From Mustelus asterias (taxonomy: Eukaryota): DNA of 64,000 nucleotides. Shown here one piece after another: positions 1 to 11,224 of the stretch. The stretch is from the NCBI RefSeq assembly GCF_964213995.1, contig NW_027590357.1, positions 248,001 to 312,000 of the forward strand. The letters run 5' to 3'. Position numbers and translations under genes: made by a program. Below the pieces are notes generated by a model. The model had not been told where the DNA came from. It worked only from the letters and a program-made list of their open reading frames with translations, and searched no databases. The number at the start of each line of letters is the position of its first letter. Positions within the stretch are counted from its first letter, which is position 1.

Positions 1-2243
1 CATGAGACAGGATCAAGTGTAACATAAATAAAGACAGTATCCAATGTAATATAAATAGTGGCAAAGTCAAGTCTGAATAATGAACGATGACATGATCAAG
101 AGTACTCTGTGACAGCGTCTGGTACAATTGAAATAGATCGTGTAGTGGCAACACAGAAAGGGCCAACAAGGCTAAACAGAGAGAGGAGCAAGTTCGTTAA
201 CAGTTGGGAAACCGTCAATTGTCATCCCAGTTATAGACTGAAACTTGTGTCTAAATTACAACGGGTTCTTCAATGTATTATTTAACGAACAAAGAACTTG
301 AATAATGATAAATAGGGCCTTCTGAAACTAAGGGAGACTGAGTCGCATGTAATATTCAACAGGCCAGCGACTAGTCGAATAATACTCAAGGACCGGAACA
401 CTAAGACATGCAAAAATTAATGTGATGATCACTGAGACAAGGACGAATGAAATAACAATCAGAGTTTGGTCAAACACTAAGAGACAAAGCTTAGTGTCAT
501 AATCAAGGAGTGGCGTGCACATTAATAATCAAGGCGTTGGTGAAACACCAACAGAGTTTCAAACTCCGTTGTAAGATTCAGCATACGATTTGGTTTCTGA
601 GAAAAGGGTGGCAAAAAAGAGTTAGGTTTTCTGGTAAGTTCTATGCTGAGCTGTAAATTGTTCGACAGCAAAACGAATTATTAAAAATGTGAGACTATCA
701 GTTACTTTACCTCGTGTTGAAACAATGACCAACTTTGAATGGATCAGGTTCACACTAGGACTATGTAAGGAAAATAAATCTATTGTAAGGAACGGACAAG
801 ATAATGAGAGTTATATATTTGGGTGGACAGTAGGACATTGCAGATTTCCTGCTGTGCTGGGTGGTCTAAAAGAAGTAGGGTCGGCCAATCTTGTCTGACA
901 TACTGTTGATCATGTTTTTTATGCAGCAAAATCAGCCATGTTTGTGCGAAGTACTGGGATTGCGAAGTCCACTTTCGGTCTTTATTGCAGTTTGTTTGGC
1001 AGCCTAAAATATTGAACAGAACTTTCCCATTCCCTTTGTCGTTACCTGGAGCCTCGAACTGCAGCCACAGAGTGTATCGATCAGAGCGAGTGTTTGAGTG
1101 AGTGAATGTCAACAAACAACGAACAGTTTTCAAAAGTTTATAAGAGTGGTTTTAAATCGATCCCCTTTCACGTTGCTCCCACCATATTCATTGTCCTTCC
1201 GAGAGGCTGTCCATTGTCTGTCACTGTGCCCGGTAATTCTGAAAATGACAGAACTGGAAACTAAGCATTACTGAATGAAAACATAGCTTTAAATGCAAAG
1301 AACACAAGGTGATGACGGGGGAATGACTTGCTTAAATCAAAAACGATCGCTCTTTGTGTATCGTGTATGTCTGCTTGGATATTGTCAGTGGGAGTTATCA
1401 TATTGCAACCCGATCCTCGGTTACCGCACTGAAGAAAGCTGTCGATCTGAGTCGCCGTCTTGAGATGAGACATTTCACCGACGGCCAGCCATCCTGACCA
1501 GGGTGTTGCTACAGAATTCCATGAACTTCTGAAGGAAGAGCGGAAATAAGGAAGTCAAATAAATCACCCGCACTGAACTCCCCATTCCTTCGTTGAGGAG
1601 AGAGGGTTGTGGCTGCTCCACTGAACAGAACAATATCGTCCCCCATTCCCTCCTCAACAGACTGAGGTGAGAGGGGATTTCAAATCCATGTCACACATCC
1701 AATGCAGAGACAGATAATTGACAGCTCCCTCTTTCTCCTTGAGCGTTATTCACACAGCACACCACCAGAAACCATAGATCCGGGCCGCCCATCAATGACC
1801 TCCTGGAACAATAACGGAAAATGCTGGAACATCTCAGCAGACCTCACATCATCTGTGGAGAGAGAATAGAGCCAACGCTTCCTGTCTGTGTTACCGTTCG
1901 TCAGAGCTCATGGTCACTGCTCTCTGCCAATCAGCGTTAGGTCACATAAAGAGGGACATACCCAAACTGTGGATCACAACACCCAGCTGTGTCGCGGGAG
2001 TCCATTCTGGGGTTGGGACCTCCGGGGCCGCAATAGCTGACGAGCTTTGATTGAATGTTCACAGCTTTCTGTCGCCTTTAAATCTTTCAGTCTGTTTTTT
2101 TTAACGTTGGGCATGATCTAATGTACCGCCGGTCGGGTCCGAAGAATTTCAGTGCAATTCTGAGATCCAGCTTCCCAGTGTCGTCCAGCTCTGCAGTCTC
2201 CATCTCCCCGTCATGTGAGCCATCAGCTCCAGGCAGCAGAGCG

Positions 2244-2716
2244 ATGGAAATCTTCTTTGTTTTCACCCTGTGTGTCTGTGTACCCCGTGAGTACCGATCA
2301 AACTTACCCACATTGTGTGGATTGAATATAAAAATGCCCCAGTCCACCCCAATTACAGACACTGTCTGGGGTTTTAGTCCCGTTGTGTGGTTCGGCTCTG
2401 ATGGTCCATTAAACTTTGTGTTTAATTTCCAGGGTCATTCAGTCAGTCAGTGACACAGAGCCCAGCAGCGGTGACCAGGAAGGAATATCAGTCTCTCACC
2501 GTCACCTGTGTTTTCTATGGCGGTTATTACTATTTGGAAAATGGTGATTTCTTCAGACAAACCCAGACTGGAACAGAGCGGGAGAGGATCACCAGCGGAG
2601 GGAGATTTGTTGTGTCGGTGAATAAAGCAGAAGAGATATTTTCACTGGAAATTCGGGACCTGAGAGTTGACGACACCGCCATCTATTACTGTGAAGCTCA
2701 TTACAAATACGAAACA
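2244..2716 (+). CDS. NAR-type V gene segment, probably NAR-TCR V; leader exon 2244-2286, V exon 2433-2716, open frame
   Basis: Leader MEIFFVFTLCVCVP, phase-1 GT..AG intron 2287-2432, then in frame RSFSQSVTQSPAAVTRKEYQSLTVTC...FFRQTQTGTERERITSGGRFVVSVNKAEEIFSLEIRDLRVDDTAIYYCEA. Both Ig cysteines and D-x-A-x-Y-Y-C are present; the CDR2 region is short as in VNAR; followed by an RSS. Confidence 0.85.
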
Positions 2717-2754
2717 CACAGTGGTCGGCCTCGACTTCCCGCGGTACAAAAACT
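2717..2754 (+). promoter_or_regulatory. Recombination signal sequence (23-type, 22-nt spacer)
   Basis: CACAGTG 2717-2723, 22-nt spacer, ACAAAAACT 2746-2754. Confidence 0.92.
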
Positions 2755-3023
2755 CTCACTGCAAAGTTTCACATAAACACATTAAAAATCGGACCTATTT
2801 TGTTCTGAAACACTCAGTTTCACCTCACATGCTCTGTTCCATAGTCTCCTTTATAATGAGACGGGATTATTACAGTTTGCACTTTGAGTTTTATAAATAC
2901 GGAGCGCGGGTGGTGATATCTTTTCCGGGATTGATGTTGTTGAATGGAGATTGGGAATGACTGACCCCAGTTCCAACCCATCTCAAAATATAGGGTCCTG
3001 TTCCCTCAGGTTCCCTCAGATGG

Positions 3024-3160
3024 TACCATCTGACGAAGGAGCAGTGCTCCGAAAGCTTGTGGTATTTGTTACCAAATAAACCTGTTGGACTTTAACCTGC
3101 TGTTGTGAGACTTCTTACTGTGTTCACCCCAGTCCAACGCCTGGCATCTCCACATCATGA
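3024..3160 (+). mobile_element. Penelope-like terminal-repeat fragment with minimal hammerhead motif
   Basis: Same sequence as the 3' end of the Penelope element at about 11095-11224; contains CTGACGA-A-GGAGC-agt-GCTCC-GAAA. Confidence 0.75.
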
Positions 3161-4112
3161 CTAGTGGTGTTCCGCAGGGCTCTGCTCTGGGACCTCTGCT
3201 GTTTCTGATATATATAAATGATTTGGAGGAAGGTGTAGCTGGTGTGATCAGTAAGTTTGTGGACGACACAAGATTGCTGGAGTTGCGGATAGTGATGAAC
3301 ATTTTCAGAGAATGCAGCAGGACATAGATAGGCTGGAACATTGGGCGGAGAAATGGCAGATGGAATTTAATTCAGATAAATGCGAAGTGATGCATTTCGG
3401 TAGATCTAATGTAAGGGGGAGCTATGCAATAAATGGCAGAACCATCAGGAGTATAGACACACAGAGGGACCTGGGTGCACAAGTCCACAAATCCTTTAAG
3501 ATGGCAGCACAGGTGGAGAGGGTGGTCAAGAAGGCATATGGCATGCTTGCCTTTATTGGACGGGGCATAGAATATAAAAGTTGGCATATGATGTTGCGGC
3601 TGTATAGAACGTTGCTTAGGCCAAATTTGGAATACTGCATCCAGTTCTGGTCGCCACACTACCAAAAGGACGTGGAGGCTTTGGAGAGAATACAGAGAAG
3701 TTTACCAAGATGTTGCCTGGTATTATCTATGAGGAGAGATTGGGTAAACTGGGGATGTTCTCCCTGGAAAGACGGAGGATGAGGGGCGACCGAATAGAGG
3801 TGTATAAAATTATGAAGGGCATAGATAGAGTGAACAGTGGGAAATTTTTTCCCAGGTCGGAGGTGACGAACACAAGGGGGTCACAGGTTCAAGATGAGGG
3901 GGGCAAGGTTCAACACAGATGTCAGGGGGACGTATTTTACACAGAGGGTGGTGGGGGCCTGGAATGCACTCCCAAGCAAGGTGATTGAGGCGGACACGCT
4001 GGGATCGTTTAAGATTAGATAGCCACATGAACAGACTGGGAATAGAGGGATACAAACGAATGGTCTAGTTGGGCACATGAGTGGCGCAGGCTTGGAGGGC
4101 CGAAGGGCCTGT
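3161..4112 (+). mobile_element. CR1-clade LINE 3' fragment (RT C-terminus), decayed
   Basis: ORFs 3312-3782 and 3710-3988 with WQMEFNSDKCEVMHFG and LEYCIQFWSPHY motifs; frameshifted. Confidence 0.9.
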
Positions 4113-4113
4113 T

Positions 4114-4440
4114 CATAGAAATCCTACAGTGCAGAAGGAGGCCATTCGGCCCATCGAGTCTGCACCGACCACAATCCCACCCAGGCCCTACCCCGACATA
4201 TTTACCCGCTAATCCCTCTAACCTACACATCCCAGGACTCTAATGGGCAATTTTTAACCTGACCAACCTAACCCGCACATCTTTGGACTGTGGGAGGAAA
4301 CCGGAGCACCCAGAGGAAACCCACGCAGACACGAGGAGAATGTGCAAACTCCACACAGACAGTGACCCGAGCCGGGAATCGAACCCGGGACCCTGGAGCT
4401 GTGAAGCAGCAGTGCTAACCACTGTGCTACCGTGCCGCCC
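4114..4440 (-). mobile_element. HE1-type tRNA-derived SINE
   Basis: Minus strand has a tRNA-like head (GGGCGGCACGGTAGCACAGTGGTTAGCACTG, GGTTCGATTCCC), a conserved central domain and a tail ending TTCTATG. Confidence 0.85.
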
Positions 4441-4449
4441 TGTGCTGTA

Positions 4450-5200
4450 TTGTTCTTTGTTCTTTGTTCAATGTGGTCATGGCTGATCCAGGACTTCAGT
4501 GCCATATTCCTCCTTTTCCAAAAACCCTTGGTGTCATTAAAATCTAAAAAAAACTATCGATTTCCTTCTAGAATATATTCAGTGACTTCGCCTCCACAGC
4601 CTTCTGTGGCAGCTGATTTCCAAAGGTACATTACCCTTGCAGTGAAGGAAATTTCTCTCATCTCAGTCCTAAATATCCCATTTCCTGACACTGCACCCCC
4701 TGGATCTAGACGTCCCAACCGTGGAAAACATCCTTCCCGCATCTAAACTGTCCAGCTCTCATAGAATGTTATACGGTTCAATCAGATCTTCTCTCATCCT
4801 TCGAGATTCTAGTGATTACAAGCCCAGTCCAACCAATCTCTCATAGCTCAGTCCCACCAACCCCGGTATCAGCCTAGTGAAGGTTCACTGTACTCCCTCG
4901 ATGGCAAGTATGTCCATGCTTACCCAATGAGACCAAAACTGCATTCAATAATCCAGGTGTGAACTCAACAAGGTCCTGTAGTAAGACATCCCTACTTCTG
5001 AATTTAAATCCTTTTGCAATGAAGGCCAACATCTCATTTGCTTTTCCAATTGCTTGCTGCACCAGCTTTTCTACCTTTACTGATTGGTGTTGAAGATCCC
5101 TTTGTACATCCACTCCTCCCAATATATCATCGTTTAAATGATACTTTTCCTTTATTTTTTCATACTGAGCTTTATAACTTCACATTTAGCTACATTGTTC
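4450..5200 (-). mobile_element. Old CR1-like LINE fragment
   Basis: Decayed ORF 4874-5122 (KANEMLAFIAKGFKFRSRDVLLQ). Confidence 0.7.
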
Positions 5201-5209
5201 TATATCCGC

Positions 5210-5988
5210 CATATGGAATTGGCAGATGGAATTTAATCCAGATAAATGCGAAGTGATCCATGTTGGAAGAACTAATGTAGGGGGGAATTATACAATAAAT
5301 GGCAGAGCCATCAGGGGTATAAAAACACAGAGGGACCTAGGTGTGCAAGTCCACAAATCCTTGAAGGTGGCAGCACAGGTGGAGAAGGTGGTGAAGAAGG
5401 CATATGGTATGCTTGCCTTTATAGGTCGGGGTATAGAGTATAAAAGCTGGAGTCTGATGTTGCAGCTGTATAGAACACTGGTTAGGCCACATTTGGAGCA
5501 CTGCATCCAGTTCTGGTCGCCGCACTACCAGAAGGACGTGGGGGCTTTAGAGAGAGTGCAGAGAAGGTTTATCAGGGTGTTGCCTGGTATGGAGGGTCTT
5601 AGCTCTGAGGAGAGATTGGGTAAACTGGGCTTGTTCTCCCTGGAAAGACGGAGAATGAGGGGAGACCTAATAGAGGTGTACAAAATTATGAAGGGTATAG
5701 ATAGGGTGAACAGTGGGAAGCTTTTTCCCAGGTCGGAGGTGACGATCATGAGGGTTCACGGGCTCAAGTTGAGAGGGGCGAGGTATAACTCAGATATCAG
5801 AGGGATGTTTTTTACACAGAGAATGGTGCGGGCCTGGATTGCGCTGCCAAGTAGACATGCTGGCATCGTTTAAGACTTATCTGGTTAGTCACATGAGCAG
5901 TCTGGGAATGGAGGGATAGAAACGAATGGTCTCGTTGGACCAATGAGCGGCACAGGCTTGGAGGGCCGAAGGGCCTGTTCTTTGTTCT
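5210..5988 (+). mobile_element. CR1 LINE 3' fragment
   Basis: ORF 5226-5873 encodes the RT C-terminus; close paralog of 3161-4112. Confidence 0.9.
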
Positions 5989-6285
5989 AAAGTTTATTTA
6001 TTAGTCACAAGTAAGGCTTACATTACCCTACAATGAAGGTACTGTGAAAATCCCCTGGTCGCTACACTCCACTGCCTGTTCGGGTACACAGGGAAAATTT
6101 AGCATGGTCAATGCATCGAACCAGCACGTCTTTCAGACTGTGGGAAGAAACTGGAGCACCCGGAGGAAACCCACGCAGATACGGGGAGAACGTGCAAACT
6201 TCACACAGACAGTGACCCAAGCTGGGAATCGAACCTGGGTCCCTGACACTGTGAGGCAGCAGTGCTAACCACTGTGCCACTGTGC
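5989..6285 (-). mobile_element. HE1-related SINE with an alternative 3' tail
   Basis: Same head and core as 4114-4440; the tail is shared with copies at about 23798 and 56912. Confidence 0.8.
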
Positions 6286-6371
6286 TGTGACAGAGGATTG
6301 TTGTCGGTGCAAGCTCCTGAGTCTAGTTACTATGTTTCTATATCGATGTTTCTATGCACTATGGAGGATCC

Positions 6372-6545
6372 ATGATGTGGAGATGCCGGCGTTGTACAGG
6401 GGTAGGCAAAGTTAGAAGTCTCACAGCACTAGGTCAGTCTAACGGGTGACATATCTGATGAAGGAACAGCGTTCCGAAAGCTCGTGATTCCAAATATATC
6501 TGCTGGTTTTTAAACCGGTGTTGTGAGACTTCTTACTGTGGAAGA
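6372..6545. mobile_element. Penelope terminal-repeat remnant in inverted arrangement with hammerhead motif
   Basis: ATGTGGAGATGCCGGCGTTG start, inverted AGAAGTCTCACA/TGTGAGACTTCT arms, CTGATGA...GAAA at 6455-6479. Confidence 0.7.
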
Positions 6546-6589
6546 TGCCAGTGGTGTTCACCCTAACACAACACATAATCTCAGTCTTA

Positions 6590-7570
6590 AATTAGCGCTC
6601 GTTTATTCTGAGAGTATGCCCTCTGTCCCTACGCTCTCCCACGAGGGGAAACATCCTCTCAGCATTTACGCTCTCAAGCCCCTCAATAATCCCATATGTT
6701 TCACTAACATCACATCCCATTTTTCTAAATTCCAGTGAGTAGAGACACAACCTGTTTAATATTTCCTCATAAGACAATCCCTCCGTACCGGGGATCAGCC
6801 TTGTGAACCTTCTCTGAACTACCTCCAATGAAATAATATATGTCCTCAAATAAAGAGACGAAAGCTGCTTACGGAACTCCAGATGTGGTCTCACCAGTAC
6901 CTTGTACAGTTGCAGCAAGACTTCCCTATTCTTACAATCCAACATCTCATTAGCCTTCCTGATTACCTGCTGCATATGTCTGCTCATTTTCTGTATTTCA
7001 TGTACAAGTACCCCTAAGTCCCTTTGTGCGGCACCTTTACACAGCTTCCCTATTTGCATAATACTCTGTTCTTTTGTTCTCCCTTCCAAAATGAACATTT
7101 TCATTTTTCCCCACATTAAACTCCCTTTTCGAACTTACCGCCGAATTAAAAAACTTATCAAAAACTCTCTCAACTATTTATTTCCCTGTCGTAACTTGCC
7201 TTTCCACCTATGTTTGTGTCTGCAACTTTTGCTACAGTATATATGCTTCCTCCCTCCAAGTCACTAACATTTATTGTATGCAGTTGTCCTCCCAGCACTA
7301 ATTCCTCTGGAACCCCACCAGTACACGTCGCAAAACTGAAAACCCTTTATCCCAAATTGCTGTTTCTTGCCCATCAGCCAATTCCCTTCTATTCCAATAT
7401 ACTACCATGAACACCATGGGCTCTTATGTGATGAGTTAACATTTTGTGAGGTACCTTGTCGAACGTCTTCTGGAAGTCCAAACTGAACACATATACTGAT
7501 TCCCCTCTATCCACTCTGGATGAGACTTCCTCGAAGAACTCTAATACATTAGTTAGACATGATTTCTCTT
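6590..7570 (-). mobile_element. Old CR1 LINE RT fragment
   Basis: ORFs 7389-7598 (SCLTNVLEFFE, DFQKTFDKVPH) and 6592-7116 (LVRPHLE). Confidence 0.85.
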
Positions 7571-7802
7571 TTCTTTCCAATAAATCATGCCATTTCAATT
7601 CCTACCTTGTTACTTACAATGAAACGAATCTTCTTAAAAGGACATCGGTGATTGTGTTGTTTCCGATCACTGACAGCCCCATTGTGACATCTTTCAGGAG
7701 CTCATCCCTATTGGCTTTGGCGAAGTTCACAAGTGACTTTCTAATTGGCATGCTTGGATTGGCGCAGTCTGTTCAATCAGATTTAGAATGGGTGTGTGTG
7801 TG

Positions 7803-7905
7803 AGGGGGAGGGAGGGGGGAGGGGGGGAGGGGGGGAGGGGGGGGAGGGGGGAGGGGGGGGAGGGGGGGAGGGGGGGAAGGAGGGAGGTGGGGAGGGGGGA
7901 GAGGG
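7803..7905 (+). repeat. About 100-bp G-rich polypurine tract (G-runs separated mostly by single A)
   Basis: Directly visible runs of G3-G8. Confidence 0.95.
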
Positions 7906-8431
7906 TGGTCACTCCTGTTTGATAATTGACATTCCAAAACAAGGAAAATAAATGTTAGAAATAAATCCTGTCTCTGTGGATTATCTGGATTATCTGGAGA
8001 TGGAAGATGTTTCGGAGAACTTTTCCAAGGAAGCATTGGTAGGCCGAATGGCCTCAGCCGGTGCTCCAGGATTCTATGATTCTCGTTGCTTCATGCCCCA
8101 ACCGCTCGATTTGTCGGTAGAAACCTGAATAGTAAGCAGGTGCAGAATGGTCAGAGACTTTTGTGGATTCAACCGTCGCTATTTCCGCTCCATTCACTCC
8201 GAGTGCAGCTGAGAGTCACCGCAAACGTCACTCAATATTGAGTCTGCCGTATCCCCGCCCATTGCTTCCGTTTGCTGCTCTCGCTCTGACCTGATTGTGT
8301 GATTGGACAGATTGCTGCCGCTGCTCCATTCCACTCATTGGTTGGATCAGCAGTGCAGTGGGCGGAGATCTGTATGGTTGTCTCTCACAGAGGATTTCCA
8401 TCACGGCAGAGTTACAGACTCAGGAAGGATC

Positions 8432-9041
8432 ATGGGGAACCGTCCTGCTTCGATTCTCATCATTATTTCAGTTCTTAGTAAGTAACTCCTGGGGCAAAGG
8501 GTGTCAAAGGATATGGGGGGAAGGTGAGAACAGGTTATGGAATTGGATAATCAGCCGTAATCATAATGAATGGCCGAACAGGCTCTAAGTGCCGAATGGC
8601 AAACCCTGCTCCTATTCCCCAAGTTCTATATATTTCCTTCCCTGTAAAGCCGGATATCATTGCTGGTAAAATATGAGTGATGGTTAAATGACAATTTGGT
8701 TTCTAAATATTAGGCTGCTGCTGATTGCTTTTACCTTTACTATAATTTTACAGTAGACTGGAGTCACCAAGACACAGTGGAGCAGCCGGTTGGCGAAAAA
8801 ACAGTTCAAGAGGAAAGTAATGTCACAATAACCTGCAAATTTAAGCCAAGTGATTCCAACCCTTATGTGTACTGGTACAGCCAGAGTCCCGGGCAGTCTC
8901 CACAGTACATGCTTCACATTCTGGGTGTGAAAATGTATAGACCGCTTTAGCTACACTAAATAAAACTGCCAAGATCACCGAGCTGACGATCGGCAACACA
9001 CTCATGGCTGACAGTGCGGTATATTTCTGTTCCTTGGAGTC
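8432..9041 (+). pseudogene. TCR alpha/delta-type V pseudogene; leader 8432-8477, V exon 8754-9041
   Basis: Leader MGNRPASILIIISVL then GTAAG. V exon reads IDWSHQDTVEQPVGEKTVQEESNVTITCKFKPSDSNPYVYWYSQSPGQSPQYMLHI, stops at TAG 8948-8950, and continues in a shifted frame as ATLNKTAKITELTIGNTLMADSAVYFCSLE. Confidence 0.88.
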
Positions 9042-9079
9042 CACACTGCTACAGATATAGCGAGACCCATACAAAAACA
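9042..9079 (+). promoter_or_regulatory. RSS (23-type, 22-nt spacer)
   Basis: CACACTG 9042-9048, 22-nt spacer, ACAAAAACA 9071-9079. Confidence 0.88.
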
Positions 9080-9127
9080 CCACAATACATGTACCGAACT
9101 TAACATCGTCTCCCTCTGGCGGCCATA

Positions 9128-11224
9128 ATGTGGAGATGCCAGCGTTGGACTGGGGTAAGCACCCGAAGAAGTCTCACAACAACGCGTTAAAGTCCAACAG
9201 GTTTATTTGTTAGCACAAGCTTTTGCAGTGTCTCTCCTTCCTCAGGTGAGCGAGGAGTTGTGTTCACAAACAGGACATACAGGGATACAGACCCAATTTA
9301 CAAGATAATGTTTGGAATGCGAGTCTTTACAGGTAATCAAGTCTTAAAGGTACAGACAATGTGAGTGGAGAGAGGGTTAAGCACAGGTTAAACAGGTGTG
9401 TATTGTCTCCAGCCAGGACAGTTATTGAGATTTTGCAAAACTAGGCAAGTCGTGGGGGGTTACAGAAAGTGTGACATAAACCCACGATCCCGGTTGAGGC
9501 CGTCCGCATGTGTGCGGAACTTGGCTATCAGTTTCTGCTGGGCGATTCGGCGTTGCCGTGTGTCGTGAAGGCTGCCTTGGAAAACGATTACCCGAAGATC
9601 AGAGGCTGATCCCCATGGTAACAGAATGGTCATTGAAAGTGGCAATGCAGTTAAAGGTACAGACAATGTGAGTGGAGGGAGCATTAAGCACAGGTTAAAG
9701 AGATGTGTATTGTCTCCAGACAGGACAGCTCGTGAGGTTTTGCACAGGTTCGAACAAGACTTTTTCACCGCACAGGACCTTCAACCGATGCTATACACTA
9801 GATACATCGATTACATTTTCTTCCTTTGGACTCATGGTGAACAATCACTGAAACAACTATATGATGACATCAACAAGTTCCATCCCACCATCAGACTCAC
9901 CATGGACTACTCTCCGGAATCGGTTGCATTCTTGGACACACGCATCTCCATTAAGGACGGCCACCTCAGCACCTCACTGTACCGCAAGCCCACGGATAAC
10001 CTCATGATGCTCCACTTCTCCAGCTTCCACCCTAAACACGTTAAAGAAGCCATCCCCTCCGGACAAGCCCTCCGTATACACAGGATCTGCTCGGATGAGG
10101 AGGATCGCAAAACAGACACCTCCAGACGCTGAAAGATGCCCTCATAAGAACAGGATATGGCGCTCGACTCATCAATCGACAGTTCCGGCGCGCCACAGCG
10201 AAAAACTGTACCGACCTCCTCAGAAGACAAACACGGGACATGGTGGACAGAGTACCCTTCGTCGTCCAGTACTTCCCCGGAGCCGAGAAGCTACAACATC
10301 TCCTCCGGAGCCTTCAACATGTCATTGATGACGATGAACATCTCACCAAGGCCATCCCCACACCCCCACTTCTTGCCTTCAAACAACCACACAACCTCAA
10401 ACAGACCATTGTCCGCAGCAAACTACCCAGCCTTCAGGAGAACAGTGACCACGGCACCACACAACCCTGCCACAGCAACCTCTGCAAGACGTGCCAGGTC
10501 ATCGACACGGATGCCATCATCTCACGCGAGAACACCATCCACCAGGTACACGGTACCTACTCTTGCAACTCGGCCAACGCTGTCTACCTGTTATGCTGCA
10601 GGAAAGGATGTCCCGAGGCATGGTACATTGGGTAAACCATGCAGACGCAATGACAACGGATGAATGAACACCACTCGATAATCACCAGGCAAGACTGTTC
10701 TCTTCCTGTTGGGGAGCATTTCAGCGGTCACGGGCATTCAGCCTCTGGTCTCCCGGTAAGCGTTCTCCAAGGCGGCCTTCACGACACACGACAGCACAGA
10801 GTCGCTGAGCAGAGACTGATAGCCAGGTTCCGCACACATGAGGACGGCCTAAATCGGGATATTGGGTTCATGTCACACTATCTGTAACCCCCAGAACTTG
10901 CCTGGATGTGCAAAATCTCACTAAATGTCCTGTCTGGAGACAATACACATCTCTTTAACCTGTGCTTAATGCTTCCTCCGCTCACATTGTCTGTCCCTTT
11001 AAGACTTGATTAGCTGTAAAGACTCCCATTCCAATCATTATTCATGTAAATTGAGTTTGTCTCTTTGTGCCCTGTTTGTGATCAGAACTCCCACTCACCT
11101 GATGAAGGAGCAGCGCTCCGAAAGCCTGTGGCTTTTGCTACCAAATAAACCTGTTGGACTTTCACCTGGTGTTGTTAAACTTCTTACTGTGTTTACCCCA
11201 GTCCAACGCCGGCATCTACACATC
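9128..11224 (+). mobile_element. Penelope-like retroelement: inverted terminal copy (9128-about 9745) plus 5'-truncated RT/GIY-YIG body (about 9744-11224)
   Basis: RT motifs YTRYIDYIFF and FLDT..LYRKPTD; GIY-YIG VYLLCCRKGCPEAWYIG; C-terminus GEHF...EQRLIARFRTHEDGLNRD. The left arm is the reverse complement of the 3' end. Confidence 0.9.

Noticed and set aside
330-900. Possible very old LINE endonuclease remnant (ITET- and GVxxIIK-like words)
   Set aside because: Too decayed to support without an alignment.
4240-4505. Recurrent short ORFs such as MVSTAASQ and CLCGVCTFS
   Set aside because: They are translations of SINE copies, not genes.
7647-7730. RSS-like GGTGATTGT...CATTGTG followed by TTTGGCGAA (possible J segment)
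   Set aside because: The spacer is 24 nt, the nonamer is poor, and there is no FGXG motif or clear splice donor.
7727-8036. Proline-rich ORFs
   Set aside because: These are translations of the G-tract complement.
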